Source: the human T2T-CHM13v2.0 reference genome, Homo sapiens. Taken from it: a DNA stretch of 64,000 nucleotides. How positions within the stretch are numbered: position 1 is the first letter of the stretch; each line of letters begins with the position of its first letter. The stretch lies in the NCBI RefSeq assembly GCF_009914755.1, contig NC_060929.1; one strand, written 5' to 3'. The notes below the pieces were generated by a model. That model saw only the letters and a list, made by a program, of their open reading frames with translations. It searched no databases and had not been told where the DNA came from. This document shows positions 1 through 26,885 of this stretch, piece by piece. A program made the position numbers and the translations under genes.

Positions 1-480
1 TCCCCAGCTTGACCTGAAATTTCACAGTACAATTTAGTAAGGTAATCCATTATCTGCAGAAATTTAAAGCATTATCTAGGCAGGCCTTTCAAAGAGCAAT
101 AGAAGACAGACCACGTCTAGTTAATTATCACTGCAGCAGTAATCTTAAAGGGATCCCCTATTTTCTGAAATACGAGCAAGTCCTAGTTAGCTATAGAGAA
201 AACCTCTCCTCTTCACTTCAACCACAACATTTTGCAGAAAAAGAGCTGTCCAATAGGAAAAACGAAAACAAAATTAACCTACTAAGGAAAGTAAAGGTAT
301 TAGACTCGAGCCTTGATCAGGAAAAGTAGATCCAAAAAAGCTTAGGTCTAACATGTAGGGGTAAGGAAGGATTAAAAAAAACAAACAGAGGTATGAACTT
401 CTAGCATGACAGAGTGAAGAGATCAGCTGACTTACTCTCTTATTAGTTTATCACTGAAACTAGTAAATTTTTTTTTTTAA

Positions 481-591
<111 letters not shown>

Positions 592-611
592 TAAACACAA
601 ATACTTAAAGC

Positions 612-626
612 GTGTGTGTATATATA

Positions 627-676
<50 letters not shown>
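612..676. repeat. (GT)/(TA)n/(CA) compound microsatellite
   Basis: Read directly from the sequence. Confidence 0.95.
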
Positions 677-2832
677 TAGTCCTTATAGTCCTGAGGCTAA
701 GCATAAAATGAAGATTTATTTATCCTCTAAAAACTATGCAATTCAGTATAAGAAAGATGAGTCTGTGGCACCTAAACCAAGACAACTTTTTCCTTCCCCA
801 CTCTCTGCCTGGTGAGGCAAAGACTCCACTCTAGGGCTCCCTCTTCCTCCAGCTCCCAGTTGAAGAGCTTTCTTCCCAGGAGGAGTGGAACTTCACCATT
901 TCTCATTATTCTCCCAGCTGCCTGTTGCTGAGGCTAAGTTCTGGGTGATTAGTGTCAAGAGGAGGGAGACACTCTTCCAACCAGCCCCTGTTCATGGAAC
1001 AATGGTTCTACCTTGAATGCAGTGCAGAGAATACTGGGGCCCAAATTGCACTTGCCTCACCCATAAGGCAGAGGTTTCATGCCAGGAGAAGCAAGCTGAG
1101 GGGACCTCAGGTTGCTGCTCTCCATATCTCACTAAGTAGTCACCTCTTAAGAGCAACAGTATAACTTAGAGAGAAAATTGCCATGAATTCAACCCAGATC
1201 CAGAAACTGGGCTCAGAGATTTTGCCTGGGGGAAGAAGCAAGCCATAAATTAGATGGCTCCTAATCCCTTTCAAAGGAATTGACATCATTTGCAACAGAG
1301 TGTAGAGAAGTTCCAGCCTAAAGGTATTCTCAACCACAGTACAGAATGTGGTGAAAGACAACTGGGTGGAGATTTATCAATTTAATGAACCTGCAGTCTA
1401 GAGTACAGGCCAGCTAGCTTGTGGGAAAGAACACAGTTAGGAGATGCTTTCCTGGGGCCAGGACAAATATTAAATATTGAGCACAGAAACTACTCCTTCA
1501 AAGGAGCCACAATTTGATTGGAACAGTTTGTAGAGCTATTTAAGCCCCAAGGCAATGTTGAAAATAATAGAGCACAAAGCTATCAACGAGTGGAGTTTAA
1601 CAGCTAGGAGTAGCCAGGGAAAGAAAGGAAGATAAACCTATCAATACCACTGTCATCTCAGAGTGACTGTGAGCCTACCCAAAGCTGTGCCTCCCTGAGG
1701 AGCAACTAAAGAGGTTTAATACTGTGTGTGTGGGTTGGGGGGCTGGGGGTATTGGCTCCATGAAAATAATTTAGCCAGTCGCCATGATACAAACAAGCAA
1801 ATAACAGTAACAAGTCCCAGAAGGAGGGGTCCCATACCCAGAGTTCCCACAGGATGTTATCTAAAATGTTCAAGTTCCAACAAAAATTACACAGCATGCA
1901 AAGAAATCTGTGAGAGATGACCCATACACCAGAAAAACTGCAGGCAACCCAAACTGCCTATAAGAGTAACTACATGTTGGATTTAGCAGAAAAATATTTC
2001 AAAATAACAATTATGAATATGTTCACAGAACTAAAGGAAAGCATGATTAAAGAAGAAAGGTATGACAGTGTCACATCAAATATTAGTAGAGAATATCAAT
2101 CAAGAGATATAAATTACATGTATATATGTATAAAGAAGAACCAAGTGGAAACTCTGGAGTTGAAAAGTACAATAACTGAAATTTAAAAATTCACGAGAGG
2201 AAATCAACAGTAGATTTAAACAGGCAGAAAAAATAATTCATGAACTTGAAGACAAGACCAATAGAAATTATGTAAGCTGAAGGATAGAAGGTAAAAGGAA
2301 TGAAAAAAATAACAGAGCCTCAAGAGAAATGTGAAACACCAAAATATGTATACTAGGAATATAAAAATGAGTGGGGAGAATAGAAAAATATTTTATAAAA
2401 TAATGGAGAAAAACTGCCCACATTTATTGCAAAACAATAATCCACAAATACAGGAAGCTCAACAAACTCCAAGAACAATAAACACAAAGAAATCCACAAA
2501 CTAACACATCATACAAAACGAAAATCTTGAAAGCAGCATGAGAAAAACAAATCATCACTTACAAGAGAACTTTGGTAAGATTAACAACAGACTTCTTAAT
2601 AGAAACAATGGAGACCAGTAGATAGTGGTACAACAATTAAAAGTGCTCAAAAAAGACCTCTCAACAAAAACGCCTATATCTAGCAAAGATATCTTTCAAA
2701 AATGAGGGTGAAAGTTAAGACTTTCCAAAATAAACAAAAACTGAGAGAATTTGTTGCTAACCAATCCACCTCACAAGAAATACTGAATGAAGTTCTTAAG
2801 ACTGAAAGCAAGTGACCCCAGACACTAATTCA

Positions 2833-3228
<396 letters not shown>

Positions 3229-3576
3229 TTAATTTAATTTAATTTAATTTTTTATTTTATTTATTTATTTATTTTTTGAGACAGAGTCTCGCTCTGTCGC
3301 CCAGGCTGGAATGCAGTGGAGTGCAGCTCACTGCAAGCTCCGCTTCCTGGGTTGACGCCATTCTCCTGCCTCAGCCTCCAGAGTAGCTGGGATTACAGGC
3401 ACCCGCCACTACGCCCGGCTAATTTTTTGTATTTTTAGTAGAGAGGGGGTTTCACCATGTTAGCCAGGGTGGTCTCCATCTCCTGACCTCGTGATCCACC
3501 CACCTCGGCCTCCCAAAGTGCTGGGATTACAGGCGTGAGCCACCACGCTGTTAATTAATTTTAAAAAGCAATTATA

Positions 3577-11787
<8,211 letters not shown>

Positions 11788-13693
11788 TACAAAATAATAT
11801 GCAAGCCATTAGAGCTGCCTCTACCTAGGGAAAAAATAATATGCATGCAATACATTATTGGGCCTATAACATTACAAATGTAATATGTGTAATATATTTG
11901 CTAATGACATCAAAAAGGAAGTGAGAGGGAGTAAAACTATATTGAGTTTAGAGAAATGACTATAAAGAAAAAGTAATAATGGTTTGTAACATTATTAGAT
12001 GTAATATGTACAACAAATATACCACACAAAGATGGAAAAGGGAATAGAATGACATAAGAATAACTTTTCTATACCTGTATCACTGGAATTAAACTAGTAT
12101 AAATAGGAACTTATCAGTTGATTCTGATAAGGTGTAAACCTTAGAGCAACCACTAAAAAGAAAAAAAAGGAACAACCCTCAAAAATATAGTAAAGGCCAG
12201 GTGTGGTGGCTCACACCTGAAATCCCAAAACTTTGGGAGGCTGAGGCAGGAGAATCACTTGAGGCCAGGAGTTCGAGACCAGCCTGGCCAATATGGTGAA
12301 ACTCCATCTCTGCTAAAAAAAAAAATACAAAAATTAGCCAGGCTTGGTGGCACACACCTGAAATCTCAGCTACTCAGGAGGCTGAGGCAGGAGAATCACT
12401 TGAAAAGAGGAGGCAGAGGTTTCAGTGAGCCAAGATTGCCCTGCTGCACTCCAGCCTGGGTGACAGAGTGAGACTCTATCTCAAAACACACACACACAGA
12501 TAGTAAAAAAAATTATTAAAGAAATTAAAATAATTAGGAAATAATCATTTAATGCAAAATAATGCAGCAAAGGAGGAACAAGAAAACAACATGAGACAAA
12601 CACAAAAAACTAAAATGGCAGATGTAATTACAACTACGTCAATAATAACATTAAATGGGGTCGGGCACGGTGGCTCACACCTGTATTCCCAGAGCTTTGG
12701 TAGGCCTAGGTGGGTGGATCACTTGAGGTCAGGAATTTGAGACCAGCCTGGCCAACGTGGTGAAACACCATCTCTACTAAAAATACAAAAATTAGCCGGG
12801 CATAGTGGTGGATGCCTGTAATCCCAGCTATTCAGGAGGGTGAGGAAGGGAGAACTGCTTGAACCCGGAGGCAGAAGTTGTAGTGAGGTAGTGAGCCAAG
12901 ATCGTGCCACTGCACTCCAGCCTGGGTGACAGAGTGAGACTCTGTCTCACAAAAAATAAATAAATAAATAAAAATAATAATGGCATTAAACGTTAACAGA
13001 TTAACCAATCCAGCAAAAGGCAGAGACTGTCAGCCTGGAGGGGGAAAAAAACCTCATGATCTAACTATATGTTGTTTAGGCAAGATATACTTTATATTCG
13101 ATATACAAACATTATAAGTAAAGGTTGTGAAAAAGATATATCATGCAATCAACAATCACAAGAAAACTAAAAAGACTGCCCTAATACAAGACAAAATAGA
13201 CTTTTAACAAAAAAATGTTACTAGAGATGAAGAGGGAAATTTCATAATGATAAAGGGGGAATCTATTAGAAAACTGTAATAATGATAAGCATGTCTAAAC
13301 CAATTAGAAAATCAAGAAGAGAAAATATGAACAACATGATAAACAAATTAGACCTAATAACTATCTTTAGAACACTTTACAGAACAACAATAGAATATAC
13401 ATTTATATATTGTTCTCAAGTCACATGGAACATTCTCCAGGATAGCCCATGTGCTGGACCATAAATAAACCTCAGTAAATTTAAAAGGGCAGAAATTACA
13501 CGAAGTATATTCTCTTATTACAATGGAATAAAATTAAATATTAATTGCAGGAAAAATTTTGGAAATTTACAAATATGTGGATATTAAACTACATTTGACG
13601 AAATAACCAATGGGTACAAGGTGAAATCAAAAGGGTAATCAGAAAATACTTTGAGGCTGGGCACAGTAGCTCATTCCTTTAATCTCAAAACTA

Positions 13694-14068
<375 letters not shown>

Positions 14069-15279
14069 TCAAATCAGTAACCTAACCTTCCACCTTAAGA
14101 CACTGGAAAAAGAAGGGCAAACTAAACCAAGCAAACAAAAAGAAGGAAATATTTAAAAAGCAAAAGTTCATTAAATAGAGAATAAGAAAACAGAGAAAAT
14201 CAATGAAACCAAAAGCTATTTTTTTGTAAATCAACAAAATTGAAAAACATTTAGTTAGAATGACCAAGAGCAAAAGAGAGAAAACTCAAAGTATTAGAAT
14301 CAGAAATGAAAGAGGTGACATTACTACTGACTTTACAGAAATTAAAAAGATTATAAAGGAATACATAATTGTTTGCCAACAGATTAGATAACTTAGATTA
14401 AATGAATAGCTTCCCAGAAAAACACAAACTACTGAAACTGGCTCAATAAAAAATAGACAATCTCAATAAACTTTTAACAAGTGAAAAGACTGAATTCATG
14501 ATTTTTTTAAAAAACTACCCGCAAAGAAAAGCCCAGGCCTAGATGATGTCACTACTGAATTCTATCATTTAAAGAAGAATTAATACCAAGTCTTCACAAA
14601 CTCTTTCAAAAAACAGAAGGAACACATCCCATCTCATTTTTTAAAACCAGTATTTCCCTGATACCCAAACCAGTAAAAAAGAAAACTACAAATATCTTTT
14701 ATGAATGTGAACACAAAATTCTCAACAAAATACTAGCAAACTGAATCCAGCATCATATAAAAGGAATTATGCACTGTGACCAACTGGGATTTATTCTAGG
14801 AACACAAGGTTGGTTCAATATCCAAAAACCAATAAATGTAATATAATACATCAATAGAATAAAAACCAAAAAAATTTCTCATTTTGATCATTTCAATAGA
14901 CAAAGAAAAAACATTTGATAAAATCCAACACCCCTTCATGATAAAAGCACTCAACAAACTAAGAATAAAAGGAAACTTCCCCAACCTGATAAAAGGCATC
15001 TATGAAAAATCATCTAATATCATACTTAGACTGAATGATTTCCCGATAAGATTAGGAACAAGACAAGGATGTCTGCTCTTGCCACTTCTGTTCAACATTG
15101 TACTGCAGATTCTACTCAGCACAATTAGACAGGAAAAAGAAATAAAAGGCATCCAGACCAGCAAAAAGGTAAAACTATATCTATTCACAGATGACATGAT
15201 CTTCTATGTAGAAAATCCTAAAGAATCCACTAAACTACTATGAGAACCAATAAACAAGTTCAGCAAAGTTGCATGATAA

Positions 15280-15916
15280 TGATATGAGTTAAGAAGAAAT
15301 TATTTAGGCAGGCAGTGAGGGTACGGGATCCTCAGTAAGGTTTTCCTTTTAATGAAAAGCAGCCCCAAATCATTTTCTTTTCTAACAAAAAGCAGCCTGT
15401 AAAATTGTGCTGCAGACACAGACACGCAAGCTGTAAGCTTGCACAGGTGAATGCCAGCAGTTGTGCCAACAGGAAAAGGCTACCTGGGACTAAGCATGTT
15501 CAAAATGGTGGCTCCATCTTCCCTTCTCTTTGCCAAACCACATGTAGAGTAAGAAGACAATATGGCCCCAGCCAGGCAAAGATCCAATTTGCATAATAAG
15601 ATTAGAGTGGGGCAACCAGCCTTCCCCTTGCAGTATGTAACTGTCACACCTGGTCGAACCAATCTGTGGGCCCTACATAAATCAGACACCATCTCCTCAA
15701 ACCTGCCTATAAAATCTAATGTAGTCTGCTGCGGGCCAGATTTTGCTTTAGGAGGCCCCTCTTTCTCACTAGGGAGAAAGCTGTTCTCCTTTCTCTTTCT
15801 TTTGCCTATTAAACCTCTGCTCCTAAACTCACTCCTCATGCATGTCCATGTCCTTCATCTCCTTGGCACGAGATGACGAACCCTGGGTATTTACTCCAGA
15901 CAATGACACCACTTCA
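15280..15916 (+). mobile_element. Solo ERV1 LTR (MER51A-like)
   Basis: TG...CA termini, 637 bp, TATAAA (~15708), ATTAAA (~15808), 4-bp flanks ATAA/ATAT. Interrupts L1M ORF2. Subfamily assigned from recalled consensus. Confidence 0.75.
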
Positions 15917-16166
15917 ATATGAACTCAATATACAAAAATAAGTTGTATTTTTATGCCCGTGCAATGAACAATTTGAAATCAAATTAAGAAAACTCCATTC
16001 ATGATAGCATCAAAAAGAATAAGATACTTAAGAATAAATTTTACAAAACAAGTGCAAAATGTATGCTTTGAAAACTACAAAACATTGTTGAAAAAATTAT
16101 GGAAGCCGGGTGTGGTGGCTCACGCCTGTAATCCCAGCACTTTGGGAGGCCGAGGCAGGTGGATCA

Positions 16167-16691
<525 letters not shown>

Positions 16692-16838
16692 TCATTAAGA
16701 CAGTGTGTCGGCTGCGTGCGGTGGCTCCTGCCCGTAATCCCAATGCTTTGGGAGTCCAAGGCAGGCAGATTGCTTGAGCCCAGCCATTCAAGACCAGCCG
16801 GGCCAACGTGGTGAAATCCCGTCTCTACAAAAAATTTA

Positions 16839-17066
<228 letters not shown>

Positions 17067-17083
17067 CTAGAAATAAGCCCTTA

Positions 17084-17782
17084 TGAAACCACCTTTGCAA
17101 AATTATGACTGAGACAGTGAAGGAGATCTAACTTAATTGACTCCATCTTGCTTCTAACCTCCAAGCTGTCCTCGTTCATTCCTGGGCGTAGGCTGGACTA
17201 ACTTCAGGAGAAACTTCGTTTATAGTTTATAGTTTAACACAAAGACAGTAACAACCCTTTCCCAAAGCAGACTTCCTTCTTGCCTGGGGACCAGATTGCC
17301 TTTGTAGGACTAACATTAGCCACAAGATTAGAAATTATGGTTTAGGAGTCATGTAGCTGAAGGCTACAAGATTCTGACCCTCCATAAACTGCTCCTAAGA
17401 TCAGTGCTTGAGATATTTTGCAAACCCTGTACTTGATGGATCAGCTGGCACCACCCATATTGCTAAACTGGCTTATCTGATCTCATGGCCGCCCCAGACC
17501 CAGGAAGTGATTCAGTGCAAGAAGACAGCTTCCACTCCCTATGATTTCAAACCTGATCAATCAGAACTCCCAGCTCACTGGCCTCCCTCTACCCACCAAG
17601 TTGTCCTTAAAAACTCTGCTCCCTGAATGCCCAAGGAGACTGATTTGAGTAATAATAAAACTCCAGTCTCCTGCACACTCACGCCGGCTCTGCGTGAGTT
17701 ATTCTATCTCTATTGCAATTCCCGTCTTGATGAATCGGCTCTGTCTAGGCAGCGGGCAAGGTGAACCCCTTGAGCAGTTACA
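17084..17782 (+). mobile_element. Solo LTR8 (ERV1)
   Basis: Starts TGAAACCACCTTTGCAAAATTATGACTGAGACAG and ends GCAGTTACA; 699 bp; perfect 4-bp TSD CTTA; AATAAA near 17654. Confidence 0.85.
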
Positions 17783-18587
17783 CTTACATCTATAGTCAAC
17801 TGAATTTCAAAAAGAGCCCAACACCATAATGGGGAAAGAACAATATTTTCATCAAATGGTGCTGGGACAACAACTGGATAGCCAAATGCAAAAGAATGAA
17901 CTTGGACTCTTACCTTATAGCATATACAAAAATTAACTCAAATGGATCAGACTTGAATGTAAGAGCTAAAGTTATAACTCTTAGAAGAAAATGTAACTGT
18001 AAATCTTCATAACCCTGGATTTGGCAAACAATTTTGAAATATGATACCAAAAGCATAGGCAACAAAAGAAACAGATAAATTGGACTTCTTAAAATTAAAA
18101 ACATTTGAAAATCAAAAGACAGAATCAAGAAAGTGAAGACACAACCCATAAAATGGAAGAACATACTTGTAAATCACATATCTGATAAGGAATTTGTATC
18201 TAGGATATGCAGAAAATTCTTACAACTCAATAATAAAAAGACAACTCATTTTAAAAATAGGCAAAGGATCTGAACAGACATTTCTCCAAGGACAATATAC
18301 AAATGGCCAATAAGCACACGCACACACAAAAAGACATTCAACCTCAGTAGACATTAGGGAAATGTGAATCAAACCCACAATGAGATACCACTTCACACCC
18401 ATTAGAGTAGCTAGAATAAAAAAGTCAGGCTTCAGCGTGGTGGCTCACACCTATCATCCTAACACATTGGTAGGCTGAGGCGGGAGGATCACTTAAGCCC
18501 AGGAATTCAAAATCAGCCTAGTCAAAATAGCGAGACCCTGTCTCTACAAAATAAAAAAGCCAGCCATAGGCTGGGTGCAGTGGCTCA

Positions 18588-18875
<288 letters not shown>

Positions 18876-19248
18876 CTATAAAGATAGAGAAGAGAGTAGT
18901 GATTGCTTAGGGTTAGGGAGGGAGTTCAGAGGTATAGGGGTGTCATAGATAAAGGGTATGGGGTTTTTACTGAGGTGATGAAAACTGACTGGTGATGGTA
19001 GTACATATCTGTGAATACACTAAAAACCACTGAAATTTACTTCAGATGGATGAACTGTATTATATAAAAATATCTCAATAATGCTGTTTTTAATAAAGAC
19101 ATAATATGGCTGATACCAGGTCTGGGGCAACAACATGTGAAAAATGAGCCTGGACTGCTATCTTGTCAGTCAGGTCACAAGGAAAGTATCAGAGACTACA
19201 TACTAGGTCCTGTTAAAAGGACTTGGGAAGCCACCTTGAAAAGGCACC

Positions 19249-19648
19249 TTTCACTCGTGTCCGTGTGAAGAGACCACCAAACATGCTTTGTGTGAGCAAC
19301 AAGGCTGTTTATTTCACCTAGGTGCAGGCGGGCTGAGTCCGAAAAGAGAGTCAGCAAAGGGAGATGGGGTGGGGCTGTTTTATGTGATTTGGGTAGGTAG
19401 TGGAAAATTACAGTCAAAGGGGGTTGTTCTTTGGCAGGCAGGGGCAGGGGACACAAGATGCTCAGTGGGGGAGCTTTTGAGCCTGGATGAGCCAGGAGAA
19501 GGAATTTCACAAGGTAATGTCATCAGTTAAGGCAGGAACAGGCCATTTTCACTTCTTTTGTGATTCTTCAATTACTTCAGGCCATCTGGATGTATCCGTG
19601 CAGGTCACAGGGGATATGATGGCTTAGGTTGGGCTCAGAGGCCTGACA
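19249..19648 (-). mobile_element. Solo LTR7-family (HERV-H) LTR
   Basis: Minus strand starts TGTCAGGCCTCTGAGCCCAA and ends TCTCTTCACACGGACACGAGTGAAA; perfect 5-bp TSD GCACC (19244-48, 19649-53). Confidence 0.9.
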
Positions 19649-19685
19649 GCACCCACTGATTTTGAACTTCAATAATAATAACAAT

Positions 19686-20610
<925 letters not shown>

Positions 20611-22769
20611 TAATTGCAATGCATTGAAACCCATTAAATATGTTTAAGTCCATGAGTTCATAATGATATTTCTAAAAAAATTAATTAGTTGCTTTTGGAG
20701 GTCACCTGTTGGAGCCAATTCATCTTTAAAATTGATAAACAAATCAAGCATTTACCCAGTTTCTCTATGTGAACTATACCATTAGGTAACCAAATAAGGG
20801 GAAATGTCCATTTATAAAAGTATTCAAGTAATAAATTAAAAAGAGATGATAAAGTTAAACCTCCATAGTAATGAAATATGATAATATTAGGGTAAACAGA
20901 AACTGGGTGAGGACTATGGGGAAACTCTCTATACTATCTTTGTAACTTTTCTGTAAATCTAAAATTATCCCAAAATAAAGTTTACTTTAAAAAAAAAAAG
21001 GCTAGGATGGCTATTAAACAAAAGAACATAATGGTAAGTGCTAGCAAAGACATGGAGACACTGAAACTCTCACACTCAGCTAGTGGGAATGTAAAATGGT
21101 ACAAACACTTTGGAATACAGTCTGGCAGTTCTTCAAAGACTAAACATAGAGTTACTGTATGACCCACAATTCTAACTCCTAAGTATATACCCAAAAGAAA
21201 TGAAAACATATGTCCATACAAAAACAAGTTACACGGACACCCATAGCAGCATTACCCATAATAGCTAAAAAGTAAAAATAACCCAGATGTCCATCAGTTG
21301 ATGAATGGGTAAATAAAAAGAGCTCTATCCATTCAGTGGAATATTATTCAGCCATAAAAAGGAATAAAGTGCTGGCTGGGCACGGTAGCTCATGCCTGTA
21401 ATCCCAGCATTTTGAGAGGCCGAGGCGAGCAGATCACTTGAGGTAGGGAGTTCAAGACCAAATGGCAAAACCCCATCTCTGCTAAAAAAAAAAAAAAAAA
21501 AAAAAAAAGAAATGAAGTACTAATACATGCTATGTTAAGTGAAAAAAGCTAGTCCCAAAGGACCATATATTATATAATTCTACTTATATGAAATGTCCAG
21601 AATAGGCAAATCCATAGCGAATGAAAGCAGATAGGAGTTTATCTAGGCCTGGAAGGGTTGGGAGGAAACGGAGAGTTACAGTGGGTACAGGGTTTCGTTT
21701 TGGGGTGATAAATATGTTCTAAAATTGACTATGGTTATGGTTGTACAACTCTGTGAATACACTGTAAACCACTTAATTGTACATTTTAAATAGGTGACTT
21801 GTAAGATATATGAATCATATCTCAAAAAAGGCTAGATTAAACTAAATGGAGGCACATTTGGGTGACAAAACTTCTTTAAAATGCAAGGAAATGGCCAGGC
21901 CTGGTGGCTCACACCTGGAATCCCAGCACTTTGGGAGGCTGAGGCAAAAGGACTGCTTGAGGGCAGGAGTTCGAGACAGCCTGGGCAACATAGTGAGACC
22001 TGTCTCTATTATTTTAAAAAATGCAAGGAAATGATTACAATAAAAATCAGTATCGTGGTTGCTTTGTAGGGAAGGGAGCATGTTACAACTGCAGTAGGGC
22101 ACACAAAGGGTTTTCTGGGGTGGTGGGCAAAATCCTATTTTTTGATCAGGTGGTGGAGCTATCCATTTGTTATGTGAGATATTCTGTGTCTGTGTTTTCT
22201 TTTACAATAAAAGTTTTCAAAATGGACTCACTAGCAAATTTGTTTCAAACACAATGTGAAGTCTCCTAGAATCCAACCTTACTGTGGGCCAGGCACCAAG
22301 TTTGGTTATGCAGAATACAAGAGATTATGCCTATCCTTGAGGAACTTAACTTTTAGTGGGAGGTTAAAAAAAAAAAGAGCTAGAGAAAGAACTAGCCCAT
22401 GTTAAATATTAACTGACACAAAATTTACAGATAATGTACTAAAAGATGTCAACTAGGATTGGGGGGCTAGGGAGTATATCAGAAAAGGAATTTAAGCTAC
22501 ATCATCAAATGAGGGTAAAACTGAGACAGAGAGATCTTATGCAGGCTACATTATGTCCAGAGGCAAAAAAGAAATAAAGAAAAAAATTTTTGAGGACTTT
22601 GAGTAAGAGTAGATATTTATTGAGCATATATCAAATCATTTAATCCTCATCACAAACCTATGAAGTGAGTCCTATTATTATTTCCATTTTATAGATGAAG
22701 TAATTGAGGTACAGAGACAGTCTGTACAGGGTATCAACGGTAGGTACAGTTGAAAAGGTACCCAGGGGA

Positions 22770-23000
22770 ATGGATTGTGAATCCTGACCACCTGGGTTAG
22801 AATCCTGGTTCAGTTCTGCTATTAAGCAGCTATGTGACTTCAGGCAAATTACTTGACCTCTGTGTCTTAGTGTTCTACTGTTTAAAATGAGAATGCTAAT
22901 AGTAGCAACTTCATCATAGGGTTGTTGTAAGGATTAAATTATTTGATGTATCTAAAGCATTTAGAACAGTTTCTGGCAGAAAGTAAGTACCCATTAATAT
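22770..23000 (+). repeat. MIR SINE remnant
   Basis: ctgggttagaatcctggttc...agctatgtgacttcaggcaaattacttgacctctgtgtcttagt...aaaatgaga...gttgttgtaaggattaaa matches the MIR core. Confidence 0.75.
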
Positions 23001-23695
23001 TACATATTATTATAATAACACAATAATAATTTCTAGGAAAGGCACAAGAATTATCCTCCTCCATGTATTCTATTAAATCAGGTATTAAATTACATACTTT
23101 TATCTCTTTATGCTCAAGATTGATTATTTATATTTTAGGCTGCTGTTTTATGTTAGACCGAGATCATGCTACTTTTGAAGTAATTCTCCTGTTTCAGCCT
23201 CCCGAGTAGCTGGGACTACAGGCGCATGCCACCACGCCTGGCTAAATTTTGCACCTAAAACAGTACAATTTAAAATTATTTGCCAGTCTTCACAAAGAGG
23301 GTACCATTTTTCCAGGAAATGGGAAACTCGGCAGTTCCTACTGCAACACTAGCAGAGTAAGGTAAATGATTTCAAATCTTTGCAGAATGTAGAGGCTAAA
23401 GATAAACAGAAGAGGGAACTCTGCCAAGGGCATGGCACAGCTTAAAGCAAATATAGATACACACTGAGGGATGTCTGCATAGGTCTTCTGGAGCTGTGTC
23501 CATTCAGCCTGTGAGAGCTGAGTGAGCGTAGCAGTAGCAGTAGCCAGCAATGCAGGTACCTAAAGGATCTGTTATGTTACCTTTAAAGGTGTCCCTCTTC
23601 TTAGCCCCAACCTAGATGCAGACGGCAGAATGTGTCAGTATTAGGGGTGACAGATATACAAGCACATACCAAGGGATAAAAGAGATACCTAGGAG

Positions 23696-24216
<521 letters not shown>

Positions 24217-25554
24217 CTAAAAAACAAACAGAATACAAAATACATTAAAATGAGATTTCATTATCCAGAATCTCTCAAAAATTATACTGAGAAAATCTAG
24301 CTAATTAAGATAGTAAAGCTATTTCCTTACCACATGCAAAGGATTAATTACACAATGCAAATATAGTTACATGTTTTCAATTCTTGCCCCATCCATCACC
24401 TCAAAATAAAATGAAGCTAAGAAAACAGACATAATACTAAAAAGGCAAATAACATTCCTGTAAGAAAAACCAAAAGAACTTAATGAGGCTGGGAGTGGTG
24501 GTTCATGCATGTAAACCTAGTACTTTGGGAGGCCAAGGCAGGAGGATCACTTGAGGCTAGGAGTTTGAGACCAGCCTGGGTAACAGAGTGAGACCCTGTC
24601 TCTAAAAAAAGAAAAAAAAGAAAAAAAAAAAAGAAAAAAAGAAAGAAAAAAGAAAGAAAGAAAAATAACTTATTGAAATTTTACTTTCCTTTAACCCTAT
24701 GTCTCACTCCAGTTCCTGCCCTTTCATGTCCTTCACAGCTAAACCTCTTGAGACATTATCTGTACTCAGTCTTCACTTTCTGACCCAGTCACTCAAGATA
24801 ATGTAACCTTCTCTTTTGTTCCTACATTGCATTAAACTTCTCTAGCCAAAGCCATCTACATTTTTCCTACATCCAGTAGCCACCTCTCCACCCATATCGT
24901 ACTTGATTTCATAGCATAAAAAAATGCCAACTATTCCTACATTCCTGGTTTCTGAGACCTAAAATGTTCCAAATCTCCTCCTACCTACCTGGCAGCTCCT
25001 CTTTCTCTGTCTGTTCCTAAAACATAGGGTCCTTGTCTTAGGCTTTCCTCTCTTCATATGTATCAAGTTTCCTGGTCAATCTCACGTACTCTCTTTTTTG
25101 TGGGGTGGGGGAGCCACTTTTGTCACTTGGTTATAGGGACAACACTCTTGGGCTTCTCCCCACTTACTGGCTGCTCCATCTCAATCTGATCAACTCTTTT
25201 TAAGAAATTATTTTTTAAAGAGATAGGGTCTTGCTCCATTGCCCAGACCAGAGTGCAAAGGCACAATCAAAGCTCACTGCAGCCTCAAACTCCTGGGCTC
25301 AAGCAAGGAGCCTACCACCTGAGACAATCCTACCACCTCAACCTCCTGAGTAGCTAGGACTATAAGCGCGTGTCTGTAGTCCTACAGCCTACAGTATTAG
25401 GACTACTGGCTAATTAAAAAATTTTTTTTGTAGAGACAGGGTCTGGTTATGTTGCTCAGGCTGATCATGAGTGCTGGGCTCAAGTGATCTTCCCACCTCA
25501 GCCTTCCAAAGTGCTAGGATTATAGGTGTGAGCCACCACACCCGGCCTGAATTA

Positions 25555-26885
<1,331 letters not shown>

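Noticed and set aside
23330-23640. Unique-looking segment with a 70-aa minus-strand ORF as an extra CDKL3 exon
   Set aside because: No kinase-like continuation (expected DIWA/DVW motif absent) and only weak splice signals.
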